Positions 34,401-35,571 of a stretch of DNA of 35,571 nt are shown in pieces. The position numbers and the translations under genes are program-made. The notes beneath the pieces were generated by a model, which saw nothing but the letters and a program-made list of their open reading frames with translations, did not search any database and was not told the DNA's origin. The stretch lies in the IMG/VR virus record IMGVR_UViG_3300008255_001769, positions 1 to 35,571 of that record. One strand, written 5' to 3'. Every line of letters begins with the position of its first letter. The first letter of the stretch is position 1. Source of the DNA: a virus (taxonomy: Duplodnaviria; Caudoviricetes).

Positions 34401-35571
34401 AGCAATCGTCATCGTCTTTTCGTGGGACTTTTCATGGATCAAAACATCACGAACGTAGCGAACAGCAAGTTGCTCGATAGTTTCGCCATCGGTGAGTTTG
34501 TAAACTTTTGAATACTGAGGTGTGTCCGGATGTGCGAGGATCTCGTTTCCTTTTGAGAGAAGCGCGAGATCTTCGACAAGGTTTGGAAGGAACACTTCGA
34601 TCTTCCCCTGGTTATTAAATTGAGCCGGCCGGCCGTCTCCGCTTTTGAGCTCGTTGACCTTGATATTGTCCGGGATCGATGTCGCCTCTTTATCTGAAAT
34701 CTTTAAGCCGACCTCTTCGTTGATACGCTGAATAATCTTCTTTCCGAAGGCTTGGGATTCTTCCGGAGTGAACGCTTTGATCGTCTCTAGGAGTTTTGGC
34801 GAAACCGGGGATTTAAGGGCCACCTGGACCTTAGCTGGAGCTGGAGTGGTATCGGCCGAAATCGTAGGCCTGGAGAGCTTCTGTACGCCCTCAGGAACAA
34901 CGGTAGAGCTTGGAACAGAACTTCCATCCTTAGGAGCCTCTAAGAAGCCCCTGGGGCCAACCTGGGGCTTGCCTGTATCGACTGAAACAACCTTCTCTGT
35001 CGCCGCTACCCCGAAGGTTTCCTTGAGTTTGGCCCAATAAGGCTTGTCTACCAGGGTCACGATCGTTGTGGCTGGGACCTCGATAGTCACACCGTTTCTG
35101 ATGGCATCACGGTAACCCTTCGCATCAAGACCGAGGGAGGTAACGAGATCGAGTTCCGCCTTTGAAATATTCTCTCCAGTCTGGAAGATCGATTTGATCT
35201 TAGATGGTTCGATGTAGACACGATCAGGAAGCTTATTTTGGATAATAAGATCCTGAGTAAGCTTAGCGGCGAGCTCAGCCGACCTTGCTTTCACAATCGG
35301 AGTAACTTTTTTCGCGACCTTACCTCCGACTACCACCTGGGTTGCGAGTGACGCAACCTCTTGGATAGCTGGTTTGATCGTCTCCTTCGTCTCCGGAGAG
35401 AGTGGAAGTTGATCGATACCTTTTTCTGCGCCCCATGATGCGGCTTCACCGAGCTTCTCGAAGCCGTAATTAAAGAGCTCAAAAGCCTTACCGGCTACCG
35501 GGATCTTTTCTGCCGCCTGAAAGGACGCGGAGATAGGAGAGAACAAAAGGTTTACGACACCGACAGTTGCT
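31449..35571 (-). CDS. Large internal virion / DNA-ejection-type protein (5'-truncated by the window)
   Basis: More than 1365 aa, frame still open at the window edge, helical. C-terminal A......Q...LFTMFQS pattern is typical of podovirus internal proteins. Confidence 0.6.
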   Translation of the reverse strand, partial: ATVGVVNLLFSPISASFQAAEKIPVAGKAFELFNYGFEKLGEAASWGAEKGIDQLPLSPETKETIKPAIQEVASLATQVVVGGKVAKKVTPIVKARSAELAAKLTQDLIIQNKLPDRVYIEPSKIKSIFQTGENISKAELDLVTSLGLDAKGYRDAIRNGVTIEVPATTIVTLVDKPYWAKLKETFGVAATEKVVSVDTGKPQVGPRGFLEAPKDGSSVPSSTVVPEGVQKLSRPTISADTTPAPAKVQVALKSPVSPKLLETIKAFTPEESQAFGKKIIQRINEEVGLKISDKEATSIPDNIKVNELKSGDGRPAQFNNQGKIEVFLPNLVEDLALLSKGNEILAHPDTPQYSKVYKLTDGETIEQLAVRYVRDVLIHEKSHEKTMTIADMTLARQLQSEINTARASGNQKALTEAQTKMDKHMRSVEEKALEYERTNRANLEADLFGTKGPSTETQRVIDRTVKGGPEKKITTTEKKIVREKVEARARGAREGFQAGKEIAKAETAAVKSKYEQTIEAIKDRQSSVLRKRNSLIEYAQAFLPAASRGKFLKAIRNTISDKEFLDTLQRMQKEADVVTRKGLISEISAELKSTKIKSKNGFPNVKFEREAQKKLNSIRANLNNDYALAQQKIADLVSDWQTSHPDEILPAEIVSEIQLLKMVGVKEMTAKELRSALADIQSIKENGRTLKEIERFNRETEIEMKRDTVFDVITGGKKLPSEFQSIRQPERQSFLKSAKEFLTTQQWGLEELMDALSFYDTKSKPYQSFLSRYVGEKTNKAFNDQNAGEVKFIDDVNTRVKEIYKIEKNSELLHLLNEMQKPVELGKVTHADGVDRNLTITRGQMIQMEMWLKDDTLAETFKDTLNWDDNVIAEARKVLTPEDAKVVDSLLEFYREYYETINPVFVKEYGIDLPFNENYSPVTRDVDVLLPENVLLAQEMRQYATAKNNSLKSRVRNKIELKPIDAFANVTRHIAKMEHYKAWSESMFEFRKIFGNKEVRRGIIDFHGDTAMKVVDNFLNDFARDGVAREKIIKEVDVIRGNATKALLGLNVRVGAKQLVGVLNYGIELPVKDLVTGVSGFWTDPVNKARFLYKNSGVLRERFGEGFERDIKFAISKGHDKTLAKTKNFSELMFIVIRNADKLTVYQGAWASYRSKYMEARKKGATDAEARAQGIQYAEEVTNRVQESSRIDTLSPIQRGGSLAKLFTMFQSQPSKYLRIIQNGMRNIKAGRGSKANNIKRIAWAWFVVPAIYNIIAEQFVDEKYRSSPGQLAVKTVLGPLSYPLITGQMVQSIYGWTAGERFNYVPSAAFAFMDDIKKAVENLTTGDITEAVTYMLDTAGKLTGVPATLFTRPFRRSLKEEGKGPKGSPVQF

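Noticed and set aside
107-35040. Many antisense or nested ORFs in the track (e.g. 4311-4727, 6645-7235, 8877-9323, 20909-21493, 21494-22144, 30256-30729)
   Set aside because: They are shadows of well-supported genes, with no motifs or plausible start contexts.
1-35571. Integrated prophage with att sites
   Set aside because: No integrase, host genes or junction are visible in the window, so lifestyle cannot be determined here.

Overview
The whole window is part of a tailed dsDNA phage genome with a podovirus-like layout; no host genes, integrase, DNA polymerase or methyltransferase are visible. A leftward late operon (about 10.8 kb to position 1) encodes terS, terL, portal, scaffold, an N4-gp56-family major capsid protein, a probable adaptor, a collagen-like fibre, a DNRLRE-like virion protein and a GT2 glycosyltransferase cut off by the window edge. 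An AT-rich, repeat-laden non-coding region (10.9-11.7 kb) follows. A rightward early/middle arm (11.7-29.2 kb) encodes unknown early proteins, a 3D-domain protein, primase-SF3 helicase, an interrupted NUMOD4-HNH gene, SF2 helicase, amidase, a LexA-like DNA-binding protein, an SSB-like protein, a PD-(D/E)XK exonuclease, peptide deformylase, PIF1 helicase and a RuvC-like resolvase. The convergent leftward end of the late arm encodes a large internal virion protein (truncated), a papain-like peptidase with a peptidoglycan-binding domain, and a holin. A-rich, SD-less start contexts with sigma70-type promoters suggest a Patescibacteria (CPR) host (inference). The most unusual observations are: (i) a three-gene cassette that alone uses strong Shine-Dalgarno sites, with a boxA-like leader and a perfect 16-nt complement of the 16S rRNA 3' tail; (ii) three promoters sharing an 11-bp-period TGAC direct-repeat operator, each preceded by a DnaA-box-like 9-mer; (iii) strong enrichment of palindromic 4-mers; (iv) several long intergenic helices with overlapping alternative hairpins and a roughly 190-nt structured RNA candidate; (v) a GPT/GYT collagen fibre in the same operon as a GT2. 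All calls come from reading motifs by eye; no searches were run.
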